A stretch of 49,412 nucleotides of DNA, taken from positions 1-49,412 of the forward strand of contig JAILHI010000004.1 in the NCBI GenBank assembly GCA_024695865.1, read 5' to 3'. Below the pieces are notes generated by a model. It was not told where the DNA came from and ran no database searches. It saw nothing but the letters and a program-made list of their open reading frames with translations. This document shows, one piece after another, positions 26,873 to 36,537 of the stretch. Origin of the DNA: Candidatus Gastranaerophilales bacterium (GTDB lineage: Bacteria; Cyanobacteriota; Vampirovibrionia; Gastranaerophilales; Gastranaerophilaceae). How positions within the stretch are numbered: the stretch's first letter is position 1; every line of letters starts with the position of its first letter. The translations under genes and the position numbers were made by a program.

Positions 26873-27128
26873 TTACCACAAAAATAGTCGTAAAACATTA
26901 TGTTTGTTGTCATTGCGAGCGAGCGGATTTTGTGTAGGCTGACCGAGTGAAACGAGGAAACGCCGAAATAGCAAAAAGCAAAGTGAGTGGCAACGCAGTG
27001 AAACGAACAAGTGCTTTTTGTGAAACAAAATCCAAGACAGCAAGGTGAGCGTGGCAATCCTAAAAAAACAAGGGACTGCCACGGGCAATAGCCCTCACAG
27101 TGACGTATTGGGTTGATTTTTGTGGTAA
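26873..27128. mobile_element. MITE-like non-autonomous element (256 bp) with 13-bp outer TIRs TTACCACAAAAAT/ATTTTTGTGGTAA and inner CGTCATTGCGAG/CTCACAGTGACGT-type termini
   Basis: Perfect 13-bp terminal inverted repeats at 26873-26885 and 27116-27128. The internal 165 bp is about 90% identical, in inverted orientation, to 45814-45968. It is GC-richer than flanking DNA. The ORF 26848-27057(-) is a translation artefact of the repeat. Confidence 0.7.
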
Positions 27129-27226
27129 TTTTCGGATAAAATTATTAATCTTAAATTTAAGTTTTGCAGGTATTTTTTTGAAAAATTTTTGTAGTATAAT
27201 CAAAATATCAAAATAAAGGGGATAAA

Positions 27227-28633
27227 ATGGCTGATATAAACGCAATATTGGAAAGAGCACAGGCTTTAACGGACGAAGAAAAATTTGAAGAAGCATATAA
27301 CGTTTTGACGGCGGCATACAATCAGGGAAAAAATAATGCCGAATATCTTGAAAAAATGGCACTTGCCGCACAGACTCTTGAAAAAACAGAGGAAGCCACA
27401 AAATACTGGGAAGAACTTATAGAGGTTGCACCGAACAGTATTGTTGCCTACAGCGAATTGCAGGATATATACAACAAAACAAACAGATATAAATATTATC
27501 TTACAAGAGCAAAAGTCAAAACCCTTAATAATCAGGTTTCTCAATCTATCCCCGATTACAAAAAGGCTATTGATAATACACAGGATATTAAAGAGAAAGA
27601 CGATGCCGAAGTTTTAATGGCAAGAGCCTATGAATATATCGGCAAGCCTTTAAATGCGATTGATGAGTATTATAAAATCGCTTCAAGAGCGGGTTCTGCC
27701 GATATTCATCTTAAAATTGCCGATTTGTATATTCAGGGAAATGATAAATTTTCCGCAATTAACGCTTTACAGCAGGCTCTTGAACACTATCCCGATGATA
27801 ACAGAGTTAAAGAATTTTTGGCTAAATTGTATGTTGAAACGGGAGAAATTGATAAGGCTCAGGAATATGCGGTTTCAGACCTATTGAAGATTAAAATCAA
27901 ACTTATGCAGGGAAATAACAGTGAAGCCTTTGAATTGCTTCAGAACGTTTCCGACAAAAACAACGGCGAATATCATAAATTACTGGCGGAATACTATTAC
28001 AACAATAAGGATTGGGATAACTGCAATAAGGCTATTGATGATTTTGCAAAATTTGAACCTGTGCACCCGCTGATTTTCCAGATGCGCTCTCTTGTTTGTG
28101 AGAGCAATAACGATATGCATGCGGCTCACGTTAACAGAGCAAAAATGTATCTCGCAAAAGGTCAGGAAGATGTTTCGCTCCATGAATTTATGCTTGCTCA
28201 TAATATCGACAAAAATAATATTCAGACGATTGAGGATATCATTGCTTTATGCGAAAATAACGGCGAAAAACATACTGCTGCCGAGTTTTATGAAAAACTC
28301 CTCGCTTTAGACCCGAAAAACGAAAGAGCACTGGTAAAATCGGGTGATTTTTATTTTGACCTCGGCGAATATCAGACGGCTTCAAAATACTATGAAAGAG
28401 CCGCAGAAGTTTCAAGACTTTCCGAAACCTTTTTAAAAGCAGGCAAATGTTTTGAAAAACTCAAAAAAGAAAAAATTGCGAAAGAATATTATGAAAAATA
28501 TCTCGCAAAAGCGCCTATGAGTGCGGAGGTTGAACTTATTAAGGCAAAAATGGCAAAACTTTCGGATAAAGATGTTACGGAAAGCGATGAAGGTTTCCTT
28601 GAAAAAATCTTGGGATTTTTCTCAAAGAAATAA
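27227..28633 (+). CDS. TPR-repeat protein (468 aa)
   Basis: Multiple 34-aa TPR-like repeats (for example 'AEYLEKMALAAQTLEKTEEATKYWEELIEVAPNS'). Confidence 0.65.
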   Translation: MADINAILERAQALTDEEKFEEAYNVLTAAYNQGKNNAEYLEKMALAAQTLEKTEEATKYWEELIEVAPNSIVAYSELQDIYNKTNRYKYYLTRAKVKTLNNQVSQSIPDYKKAIDNTQDIKEKDDAEVLMARAYEYIGKPLNAIDEYYKIASRAGSADIHLKIADLYIQGNDKFSAINALQQALEHYPDDNRVKEFLAKLYVETGEIDKAQEYAVSDLLKIKIKLMQGNNSEAFELLQNVSDKNNGEYHKLLAEYYYNNKDWDNCNKAIDDFAKFEPVHPLIFQMRSLVCESNNDMHAAHVNRAKMYLAKGQEDVSLHEFMLAHNIDKNNIQTIEDIIALCENNGEKHTAAEFYEKLLALDPKNERALVKSGDFYFDLGEYQTASKYYERAAEVSRLSETFLKAGKCFEKLKKEKIAKEYYEKYLAKAPMSAEVELIKAKMAKLSDKDVTESDEGFLEKILGFFSKK

Positions 28634-28662
28634 TTTTTTGCAGACTTATCTGATTTAATTTG

Positions 28663-28703
28663 AAAAAACAAACCTGTTTTGCTAAAAGACAGGTTTTGTT
28701 TGT
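28663..28703 (+). terminator. rho-independent terminator (AAACAAACCTGTTTTgctaaaAGACAGGTTTTGTTTGT)
   Basis: Long imperfect stem with an A-run before it and a T-rich tract after it, downstream of the TPR gene. Confidence 0.6.
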
Positions 28704-28782
28704 AAAAATTTATTAATATACGGGATTATAATTCAAGATATTATATGTTATGCCGATATACAGATTATAAAAGAGGTTTACT

Positions 28783-30195
28783 GTGTCTGAATTTAATATC
28801 AACAATCAGGTAAGAGGTGCCGAAAATTTAGAACGCTTGAAGAAGGCTGCGGAAAACCTGCAGCAGTCTGAAAGTGCCAATAACCCGAAACCGAGCATTT
28901 TTAAGGGCAACGGTATCAGTGCTTTGCAAAATCTTTCTTCTGATGCCCTGATTAATTTGTTAAATCAGACAAATAACGCAAACAAACCGCAAATTTCCGA
29001 ACAGTCTGCCGATAATGCCGAAACCGACAATACAATTAATGACGATGCTTTGCTTGAATATATCAATAAAAACGGCATGGGTTCCGAAGAAGATATAGAC
29101 AATCTGATAAAAGATGTAAACGGAATACTCGGAAGCGGTGCGGCAGAACTCGTTCTTCCCGATGTGGATTTTTCTTTCTGGAACAGTGATTATGAAAAAT
29201 TTCTAAACGATGCGATGAGCATTCGCATTAACGGTGTTCTTGATACAGATGTTCAGCAGGAGGGTACGCCTGATTGCTATTTTCTTGCGACTTTAAACTC
29301 TTTGGGACAGACAGAAAACGGTAAACAAATTATTAAAGATGCAATATCTTATGACCCCGAAACCGCCATTTTTACCGTAACCTTTAAGGGTGTCGGCGAG
29401 TCTTATTCGTTTACGACACCTGAAGTCAAAGAGGCTGAGGATAAGAGATACGATTCGCTTGATGCCAACGGTAACCGTGTTGTAGGTGACGGCTCCTCGT
29501 GGTATTCAAACGGCGATGATGATGCAATGCTTTTGGAAATGGCTTTTGAAAAATTCCGTAAAGACGTTTCTGACGGCAAGTTTGATGACAGGGTTTATGT
29601 TGATGAGAATATGCCGTCCTTTATGCTTTATACGGGTGCTTATGACGGCACGGACGCAACAAGTCCTTTAGATTACGGAAGTTTGGATCAGGTTATATAT
29701 GCGTTTACGGGTCAGGAACCCGAAACTGTTTATTCTCCTGACGATACGAATGTTTTGCACGATGAATTGACAAAAATTCAGGAAAGAATGCAAAACGGTG
29801 AAGAATTTGTTGTTCAGGCTTCAATAGCAGGTTCAAACGGATATACGGAAGATGAAAACGGTAATTACTACGTCAATGATGACGGACGTTTTGTAAAGAT
29901 TACAAAAGGCTCTGCGGTTCCCGAAGATGCGACAAGATACAGTTTTAACGGAATCGGGGATAATACTAACGGCATCACACTGGACGGTGTAGGCAAAGAT
30001 AACGGGGAAACAATCAGAATTACTACTAACGGAACGGGCGGACATGCCATTTCCATAACCGCAGTTTCGGATACTACCGTGACTATTATTAATCCTTGGG
30101 ACAGCGCTCAAAAAATAAAAGTTAGCCGTGCCGAATTTGAAAGTTATATGCATCAGGTTAGTTATTTGAGTTTGGGCGAAAAAGCCGACAGTTAA
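28783..30195 (+). CDS. calpain-like (clan CA, family C2/Tpr-like) cysteine protease, paralog 1
   Basis: GTG start with an AAGAGG SD. Catalytic Cys motif 'QQEGTPDCYFLATLNSL' (compare calpain QGxxGDCW(F/L)LAA). His motif 'GGHAISITAV' (calpain GHAYSV). Asn motif 'IINPWDS' (calpain RNPWG). Confidence 0.55.
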   Translation: MSEFNINNQVRGAENLERLKKAAENLQQSESANNPKPSIFKGNGISALQNLSSDALINLLNQTNNANKPQISEQSADNAETDNTINDDALLEYINKNGMGSEEDIDNLIKDVNGILGSGAAELVLPDVDFSFWNSDYEKFLNDAMSIRINGVLDTDVQQEGTPDCYFLATLNSLGQTENGKQIIKDAISYDPETAIFTVTFKGVGESYSFTTPEVKEAEDKRYDSLDANGNRVVGDGSSWYSNGDDDAMLLEMAFEKFRKDVSDGKFDDRVYVDENMPSFMLYTGAYDGTDATSPLDYGSLDQVIYAFTGQEPETVYSPDDTNVLHDELTKIQERMQNGEEFVVQASIAGSNGYTEDENGNYYVNDDGRFVKITKGSAVPEDATRYSFNGIGDNTNGITLDGVGKDNGETIRITTNGTGGHAISITAVSDTTVTIINPWDSAQKIKVSRAEFESYMHQVSYLSLGEKADS

Positions 30196-30241
30196 TCTGA
30201 AAGATTTGCCGCCTGTTTTTTGCTGATATTGCTGAAACTTT

Positions 30242-31627
30242 TTACAGTTTGATAATGCCCAAGCCGCATAATAAAGATACTAAAAGCAGTATCGGTGTTA
30301 CGTATTTTGCAAGTACGTTAAACAGGAAATACAAGATTTTGTTGCCGTTGACAATTTCGTCAGACGGTCTTAAAACCCAGCCTGCGACCAAACACAAAAG
30401 CAGTGTTGATAACGGCATTAAGATTGACGATGTTGAAAAGTCAAACAAGTCAAAGACCGTTTTGCCCCAAACTTTAAAATCTTTCATCAGGCCGAAAGAC
30501 AGTGAACATGGTACGACCAGAACCGCACTTATTGCTGAAACTATAAGTGTTGCTTTTTGTCTTGACATTTTATAGACTTCTCTGAAAGATGCAATTGCCG
30601 CTTCCAAAATGCTTATGGCAGAAGTCAGTGCCGCAAAGAATAATAAAATAAAGAAGATTATCGCAAAAATATTTCCCGCAACGGGTAATTGTTCAAAGAC
30701 CTGAGGAAGTGTTACAAAAACAAGTCCGGGGCCTTCGCCGGGGTTTAATCCGTAAGAAAATACCGCAGGAAATATCATAAGCCCTGCAGATACTGCGATT
30801 AAGGTTTCGCCAAAAATCAGCGTATATGAACTTTCAACGAGATTAGTATCTTTGCCGAGATAACTTCCGTATGTAATTAAAGCACCGATACCGACAGACA
30901 GGGAAAATAACGCTTGTCCGAACGCAACCAGAAACATTTCTGCATTGAATTTTGAAAAATCGGGCTTAAAGACAAATTCAAGTCCTTCTCTTGCCCCGGG
31001 AAGTGTTTGAGCGACAATTACCAAAAATACAAGCATAATAAGGAAAAGCGGCATCATTATTTTACTTGCGTTTTCTATGCCCTTATTTACACCTCGATAG
31101 GGGAAGATTGCCGATGCGATAAGGAAAAGAAAAGCATATACCAAAGGTCTTGTCGTTTCTGCGGCAAAATTTCCGAAGTAAGCGGAATAATTAATTCCGT
31201 GAGGAATGGTATTTGTGAGATAAACAAGAATGTAATGTATAATCCAGCCGCCTACTACGAAGTAGAACCCCGAAATTATAATTACGGTATATACCTGCAT
31301 CCAGCCTATGTATTTGAATTGCGGCTTGATTGACTGGTAAGCCAAAACCGTTGCCAATTTGAATTTTTTACCGATGAATAATTCGCAAATCAGAGGAATT
31401 GCGCACGCCGTACACATTAAAACCATATATACGAGCAAAAATGCCGCTCCGCCGTATTTTCCCATAATGTATGGGAATCTCCAGATGTTTCCTAAACCGA
31501 CCGCACTGCCCAAAGTTGCGAGGATAAATCCCATATGGGACGTCCATTCGGGTCTTGCAGCCTGCCCCTGCTGAGACTTAACTTGCGTTTCATTACTCAT
31601 TTTCATATCTTCCTTGATTTTTATCAA
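30242..31627 (-). CDS. sodium-dependent transporter, neurotransmitter:sodium symporter (SNF) family
   Basis: Signature 'GFILATLGSAVGLGNIWRFPY'. About 11-12 TM segments. Confidence 0.85.
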   Translation of the reverse strand: MIKIKEDMKMSNETQVKSQQGQAARPEWTSHMGFILATLGSAVGLGNIWRFPYIMGKYGGAAFLLVYMVLMCTACAIPLICELFIGKKFKLATVLAYQSIKPQFKYIGWMQVYTVIIISGFYFVVGGWIIHYILVYLTNTIPHGINYSAYFGNFAAETTRPLVYAFLFLIASAIFPYRGVNKGIENASKIMMPLFLIMLVFLVIVAQTLPGAREGLEFVFKPDFSKFNAEMFLVAFGQALFSLSVGIGALITYGSYLGKDTNLVESSYTLIFGETLIAVSAGLMIFPAVFSYGLNPGEGPGLVFVTLPQVFEQLPVAGNIFAIIFFILLFFAALTSAISILEAAIASFREVYKMSRQKATLIVSAISAVLVVPCSLSFGLMKDFKVWGKTVFDLFDFSTSSILMPLSTLLLCLVAGWVLRPSDEIVNGNKILYFLFNVLAKYVTPILLLVSLLCGLGIIKL

Positions 31628-31639
31628 CTCAATTTAAAC

Positions 31640-31668
31640 AAAAACATGCCTTAAATGCATGTTTTTTT
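31640..31668. terminator. bidirectional terminator (aaaaaCATGCcttaaatGCATGttttttt)
   Basis: Palindromic stem with an A-run on one side and a T-run on the other, between the SNF gene start region and the C_GCAxxG gene stop. Confidence 0.5.
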
Positions 31669-31694
31669 AATTTTTATTAAAAATATTAATAAGA

Positions 31695-32105
31695 TTAATG
31701 AGTTTTTTCTTCTGAAAGTTCAAGAAGTTGTTCGACAATTTCCGCACAGTCGCTGACCATTTTACAGCAGTGTTGTTTTCTCTCGGGTGATGCCATTATC
31801 AAGCCTGCGGTCAGGGCTCTGCAACAGGTCATTTTGTTGCGTTCTTTGAACATTTCAACCGATTTTTTCGCAAGTTCTCTTGCCTTTGCGCCGTTTCTCT
31901 CTTTATCGTCACGGCCGTACTTTGCGCCTATAATCAGCTGCATTCCCGCTACCGCTCCGCAAAGACAGCCCGAACCTATTCCGCCCGAAAACGCAGTTGC
32001 GAGCGGTAAAACGCTTTCGTGAACAAGCCCTTTATCTGTTGCCGCTTTTATCATCGATTCGGAGCAGGAATAACCCTGCATAAAATATTCAACTGCTTTT
32101 TTCAT
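31695..32105 (-). CDS. C_GCAxxG_C_C family redox protein
   Basis: 'YSCSESM' followed by 'GSGCLCGAVAGMQL' matches the C-GCAxxG-C-C signature. Confidence 0.7.
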   Translation of the reverse strand: MKKAVEYFMQGYSCSESMIKAATDKGLVHESVLPLATAFSGGIGSGCLCGAVAGMQLIIGAKYGRDDKERNGAKARELAKKSVEMFKERNKMTCCRALTAGLIMASPERKQHCCKMVSDCAEIVEQLLELSEEKTH

Positions 32106-32121
32106 AATTTTCTCCGTAAAT

Positions 32122-32895
32122 TTAAAAATTTTTCTTTATAACATTGTATTCATACAATTTGGCACTTCTTGAAAACTGGTAAAAGGTGTGCATCCCCGCC
32201 ATTATAAAGCCGAGAAGCCCGTCTTTGTACCCCTGTTTTAAAAAATATATCTTGCAAAATTCCAAAATCGGTCTTATAAAAATCATACCGAGAGTGAATT
32301 TTTTGCCTCTCGTCTGAAATTTATCCATCTCCAAAGTGGTATATCTGTTAATTTTTTCGATATAACCTTCAAAAGAATCTATGTGATAATGTTCAAGCGC
32401 CAAATCTTTTCTTGACGGGTCGATTACATAATCGCTGCCCGATTTTGTATGCACCATTCCGTGAACCTGCGTTGTATATTCTGCGCAGTCTTTTTTCCAA
32501 AATCTTTTGACACTTTTGCGATACATACAGTGCATAGGTTTTCCGAAAACATAGTCCTGAATGGGAAAAGATACCGTTGTGCAATCGTTTTGGGGATTAT
32601 CGGCAAACTTATCCAAAAAATCCCACAACTTTTCGGGAACAACTTCGTCCGTATCAACAACCAAAATCCAGTCGCCCGTTGCGTGAGAAATACAAAAATT
32701 TCTCGCTACTTCGGCGTGTTTTGCCCTTTCGTGATAAACAACTTTTGCTCCGTATTTTTCTGCAATTGAAACCGTTGCATCTTCGGAATGCATATCGCAC
32801 AAGATTATCTCATAGGCTTTAGAAAGCGCCTTTAAGGTGTTTTCAATCGTTTTTTCACTGTTTAATGAGTTTATGCATACACTGATTTTAGCCAT
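32122..32895 (-). CDS. family 2 glycosyltransferase
   Basis: GT2 N-terminal 'ISVCINSLNSEKTIENTL' and the DxD motif 'VVDTDEVV'. Confidence 0.7.
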   Translation of the reverse strand: MAKISVCINSLNSEKTIENTLKALSKAYEIILCDMHSEDATVSIAEKYGAKVVYHERAKHAEVARNFCISHATGDWILVVDTDEVVPEKLWDFLDKFADNPQNDCTTVSFPIQDYVFGKPMHCMYRKSVKRFWKKDCAEYTTQVHGMVHTKSGSDYVIDPSRKDLALEHYHIDSFEGYIEKINRYTTLEMDKFQTRGKKFTLGMIFIRPILEFCKIYFLKQGYKDGLLGFIMAGMHTFYQFSRSAKLYEYNVIKKNF

Positions 32896-32912
32896 AAAAG
32901 TATCTTTTCGGT

Positions 32913-33644
32913 TTATTTGTTTTCAACCATTTTCTTAAACATATTCAAATCGTCAATGGTGTCAATGCCGACAGAATCGTAGATTACGGGCGCAACCTTG
33001 ATTTTCATTCCGTTGTATAACGCTCTTAACTGTTCAAGACTTTCCGCCTTTTCAATTTTCGGCTGTTCGAGTTTTATCATCTTGAACAAAGATTCACGTC
33101 TGTAACCGTAAATTCCGATATGTTTGTAAAAATCGGCTATATCATAATTTCTTTCATAAGGAATTTTTGAACGTGAAAAATATAATGCGTAGTTATTGCA
33201 GTCAAAAACGACTTTTACCATATTGGGATCTTCTTTGTCGTCCTCTGCACGAACAAATGTCGCAAGAGTTGTAATATCGGCATTTTTATCCTCTTTGAGC
33301 ATTTTAATAACTTCTGCAACACAAAGCGGGTCAATCATAGGTTCATCACCCTGCAAGTTAACGATAATGTCAAATTCGGGGTGTCTTTCCGCAACCTCGG
33401 CAATTCTGTCGCTGCCGCATTTGTGTGTTTCTGCGGTCATTTCAACATCTGCGCCGAAAGATTTTGCGGTGTCAAAAATTTCTTTATTATCCGTTGCGAT
33501 AATGACGGCATCCGCCCCTTTTACCGATGTTGCTCTTTCCCATACCCACTGAATAATAGGCTTATCGCAAACCTTTATAAGCGGTTTGCCGTTTAATCTT
33601 TTTGAATTGTATCTTGCAGGAATTATTATTGCTGTTTTACCCAT
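32913..33644 (-). CDS. kdsB: 3-deoxy-manno-octulosonate cytidylyltransferase (CMP-KDO synthetase)
   Basis: 'IIPARYNSKRLNGKPL' and 'NLQGDEPMI' motifs. Start set at the ATG at 33644, directly after the prmA stop and preceded by a GAGAGGAC SD. The ORF-track start at 33665 would overlap prmA. Confidence 0.85.
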   Translation of the reverse strand: MGKTAIIIPARYNSKRLNGKPLIKVCDKPIIQWVWERATSVKGADAVIIATDNKEIFDTAKSFGADVEMTAETHKCGSDRIAEVAERHPEFDIIVNLQGDEPMIDPLCVAEVIKMLKEDKNADITTLATFVRAEDDKEDPNMVKVVFDCNNYALYFSRSKIPYERNYDIADFYKHIGIYGYRRESLFKMIKLEQPKIEKAESLEQLRALYNGMKIKVAPVIYDSVGIDTIDDLNMFKKMVENK

Positions 33645-33645
33645 T

Positions 33646-34554
33646 TTAGTCCTCTCTTTCCGCAACGAATGCTACCCATTCTTTTTCTTGCGTTTTTTCA
33701 AGTATTTTTAAATTATTTTTTATAAGGGCGTCATATACGATTTCGGCTTTTTCGTCCAAAATTCCGCTCAAAACCGCTTTTCCGCCGATTTTTAAAATTC
33801 TTTTTATGTCGGGCATAATATCTCTCAAAACATTGTGCAGGATATTTGCCGCAACAAAATCATAAGTCTTTTCCGACAAAACATCAATAGTTGCCGTCTG
33901 AAATTGTATTTTTAAATTATTTTTTTCAGCGTTTTCAATCGCCGTTTCTGTTGCCGTTTCGTCATTATCTATTGCATCAACGGTCTTTGCGCCCGTCTTG
34001 ACGGCGCACATTGCCAGAATACCCGAGCCGCAGCCCACATCTGCAACCGTATCACCGTTTTTTACGTATTTTTCAATCGCCTGAGCGCATAGTCTTGTCG
34101 TTGCGTGTGTGCCTGTGCCAAAGGCATTTCCGGGGTCTAATACGATAACCTTTTCACCGTCTTTTGCCTCGTATTTTTCCCAACTCGGACAGATAACGAT
34201 GTGTTCCGTAATCGGAGTCGGCTTCCAGTGTTCTTTCCACTTTTTTGACCAATCCTCGTTCGGCTGTTTGGTTATTGTAATATCCCAGGTTCCGATATCT
34301 TCGTTAAAAATTTTTAAATCGGCAATTTCCGCTCTTTTTTGATGGAAAAAAGTCTGCACCTCATCAAAATCAAGATTTTCGTCGGTTACATAAGCCTTAA
34401 CGACATCATAAACGGCTTTTACCAGTTTTGTCTTTTTGAATTCCTCGACTGCGGTAATGATACCCTCGCAGGTAAATTTTTCATTGCAGATATCGCAGAC
34501 AATATCGGCACATACGGGGTTAATTTTAATCGCTATTTCACGATAGACCGTCAT
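33646..34554 (-). CDS. prmA: ribosomal protein L11 methyltransferase
   Basis: 'GTGTHATTRLC' and the SAM motif 'DVGCGSGILAMCA'. Confidence 0.85.
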   Translation of the reverse strand: MTVYREIAIKINPVCADIVCDICNEKFTCEGIITAVEEFKKTKLVKAVYDVVKAYVTDENLDFDEVQTFFHQKRAEIADLKIFNEDIGTWDITITKQPNEDWSKKWKEHWKPTPITEHIVICPSWEKYEAKDGEKVIVLDPGNAFGTGTHATTRLCAQAIEKYVKNGDTVADVGCGSGILAMCAVKTGAKTVDAIDNDETATETAIENAEKNNLKIQFQTATIDVLSEKTYDFVAANILHNVLRDIMPDIKRILKIGGKAVLSGILDEKAEIVYDALIKNNLKILEKTQEKEWVAFVAERED

Positions 34555-35513
34555 TTTGCGATAACACCCTTTGTTCTGAATTTTTCATATCTTTCGTTTC
34601 TGAGTTCATCAGCAGATTTTGACATTAATTCTTTCAGATTTTTAAGAATTTTCTTTTTAAGATTTTTGGCGGTTAAATCGTAATCGTAATGTGCGCCGCC
34701 TCTGGGCTCTTTGATGATATCGTCAATGATATCGAATTTCAGAAGGTCGTCTGCAGTAATTTTCAAGGCTTCCGCCGCCTTATCAGCCAAAGCCGCATCA
34801 CGCCAGAGAATTGAAGCACAGCCTTCGGGTGAAATTACCGTGTAATATGCGTGTTCAAACATTAAAACCTTGTTTGCAACGGCAAGTCCCAAGGCGCCGC
34901 CTGAACAGCCTTCGCCTGTGATTATTGCGATTACGGGGACTTTTAATTTTGCAAGTTCAGCAAGATTAACGGCAATTGCGGTTCCCTGTGCGGTTTCTTC
35001 GGCTTTAATTCCGGGGTAGGCACCGGGGGTGTCAATCAGCGTGATTATCGGCATATTAAATCTTTCTGCGTGTTTGAATAATCTCAGCGCTTTTCTGTAA
35101 CCCTGCGGCTGCGGCATACCAAAATTATGTATTAAATTATCTTTTGTTGATTTTCCTTTATAAGTTCCGACTATCATAACGGGGATACCGTCGATGGTTG
35201 CGGGGCCGCCTGCAATGGCTCTGTCGTCGGTTCCTTCTCTGTCGCCGTGAAATTCAACAAAATTTTCGGAAATTCTGTCAACCAAGTCTTTAAAATTCGG
35301 TCTTTCGGGATGTCTTGCTATTTGTATTTTCTGTGAGGGGGTAAGATTAGCATAAAGTTCCTCTGCAAATTCTTCCGCCGCCTGTTCAAAATGCTGAATT
35401 TCTTTTGTCATATCTTTATCCGACCTTTTTCCCATTTCCTCTAATTCGTTGATTTTTGCCCGTAAATCGTATAGCGGCTTTTCAAATCTCAACATTAACA
35501 TTTTATGCCTCAA
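34551..35513 (-). CDS. accA: acetyl-CoA carboxylase carboxyltransferase alpha subunit
   Basis: 'LIDTPGAYPG' and 'GEGCSGGALG' are canonical AccA motifs. Confidence 0.9.
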   Translation of the reverse strand: MRHKMLMLRFEKPLYDLRAKINELEEMGKRSDKDMTKEIQHFEQAAEEFAEELYANLTPSQKIQIARHPERPNFKDLVDRISENFVEFHGDREGTDDRAIAGGPATIDGIPVMIVGTYKGKSTKDNLIHNFGMPQPQGYRKALRLFKHAERFNMPIITLIDTPGAYPGIKAEETAQGTAIAVNLAELAKLKVPVIAIITGEGCSGGALGLAVANKVLMFEHAYYTVISPEGCASILWRDAALADKAAEALKITADDLLKFDIIDDIIKEPRGGAHYDYDLTAKNLKKKILKNLKELMSKSADELRNERYEKFRTKGVIAK

Positions 35514-36480
35514 CCTTCACTTTTTTCTTTTTGGAAACTGTTTTTTTCTTTGCGGTTGTTGTTTTCTTTTCAGAGACTTCTTTTACCTTTTTAACAGTTT
35601 CTTCTTTTACAACATAGGGTTTGTGCAATTTAAGAAGGTTAGATATCGTTGCTTTTAAATCTTTTCTTGTTGAAAGAATGTCAATCTGACCGTATTTCAT
35701 CAGATATTCTGCTGTCTGGAAGTCTGACGGCAGGCTTTGTTTGATTGTCTGTTCTATAACACGTCTGCCTGCAAAACCTATTCTTGCGCCCTGTTCGGCG
35801 ATGATTATGTCGCCTAAGGTTGCAAAACTGGCCGTTACACCGCCAAAGGTGGGTTCGGTTAAAACGGTTATGTACAAAAGGCCCGCTTCATTGAGTCTTG
35901 CAACTGCGCAGCTTGTTTTTGCCATCTGCATAAGGCTCAATGCGCTTTCCTGCATTCTTGCCCCGCCTGATGCCGTAACCGCAATCATCGGAATTTTTTC
36001 CTGTAAGGCATATTCCATTGCTCTTGTTATCTTTTCTCCGACAACACTTCCCATTGAACCGCCCATATATTCAAAATCCATAACGGCGGCAGAAACTCTT
36101 TCGCCGTCAATTTTGGCTTCACCGCATTTTACGGCTTCGTTTAAATTAGTTTTTTCTTTTGCCGATTTCAACCTGTTTTTGTAGGTTTCCGTATCTTCAA
36201 AATTTAAAGGGTCTGTCGGCAGAACATCTGTGAACATTTCTTTAAAAGAACCTTCGTCAAAAAGCTGCTGTATTCTTTTTTCGGAATTTATTCTGAAATG
36301 GTAGTTACACTGCGGACATACGTCCAGATTGTCCTCAACGTCTTTCTTTAAAAGTTGGGCATTGCAGTTGTAGCATTTTATCCATAACTTACCGATACTG
36401 TCGTCTATTTGTGCTTCTTCAAGTTCTCTGTGAGCGATTTGAAGTTCTTTTCTTTTATTAAACCAATCTTTTATAGTCAT
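35503..36480 (-). CDS. accD: acetyl-CoA carboxylase carboxyltransferase beta subunit
   Basis: N-terminal Zn ribbon 'CYNCNAQL...CPQCNYH'. Carboxyltransferase motifs 'MGGSMGSVVGEK' and 'SGGARMQE'. Confidence 0.9.
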   Translation of the reverse strand: MTIKDWFNKRKELQIAHRELEEAQIDDSIGKLWIKCYNCNAQLLKKDVEDNLDVCPQCNYHFRINSEKRIQQLFDEGSFKEMFTDVLPTDPLNFEDTETYKNRLKSAKEKTNLNEAVKCGEAKIDGERVSAAVMDFEYMGGSMGSVVGEKITRAMEYALQEKIPMIAVTASGGARMQESALSLMQMAKTSCAVARLNEAGLLYITVLTEPTFGGVTASFATLGDIIIAEQGARIGFAGRRVIEQTIKQSLPSDFQTAEYLMKYGQIDILSTRKDLKATISNLLKLHKPYVVKEETVKKVKEVSEKKTTTAKKKTVSKKKKVKVEA

Positions 36481-36537
36481 AATATTTATTCTCTTTCGAT
36501 AAAATTTTAACAGATAATTTTGATAAAATCAAAAACG

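Noticed and set aside
26848-27088. Cys-rich ORFs 26848-27057(-), 26873-27088(-) and the near-identical ORF 45816-46016(+)
   Set aside because: They are translations of the two inverted copies of the MITE-like repeat. There is no RBS and no conservation beyond the repeat, and they are the same sequence read from the two copies. Not genes.
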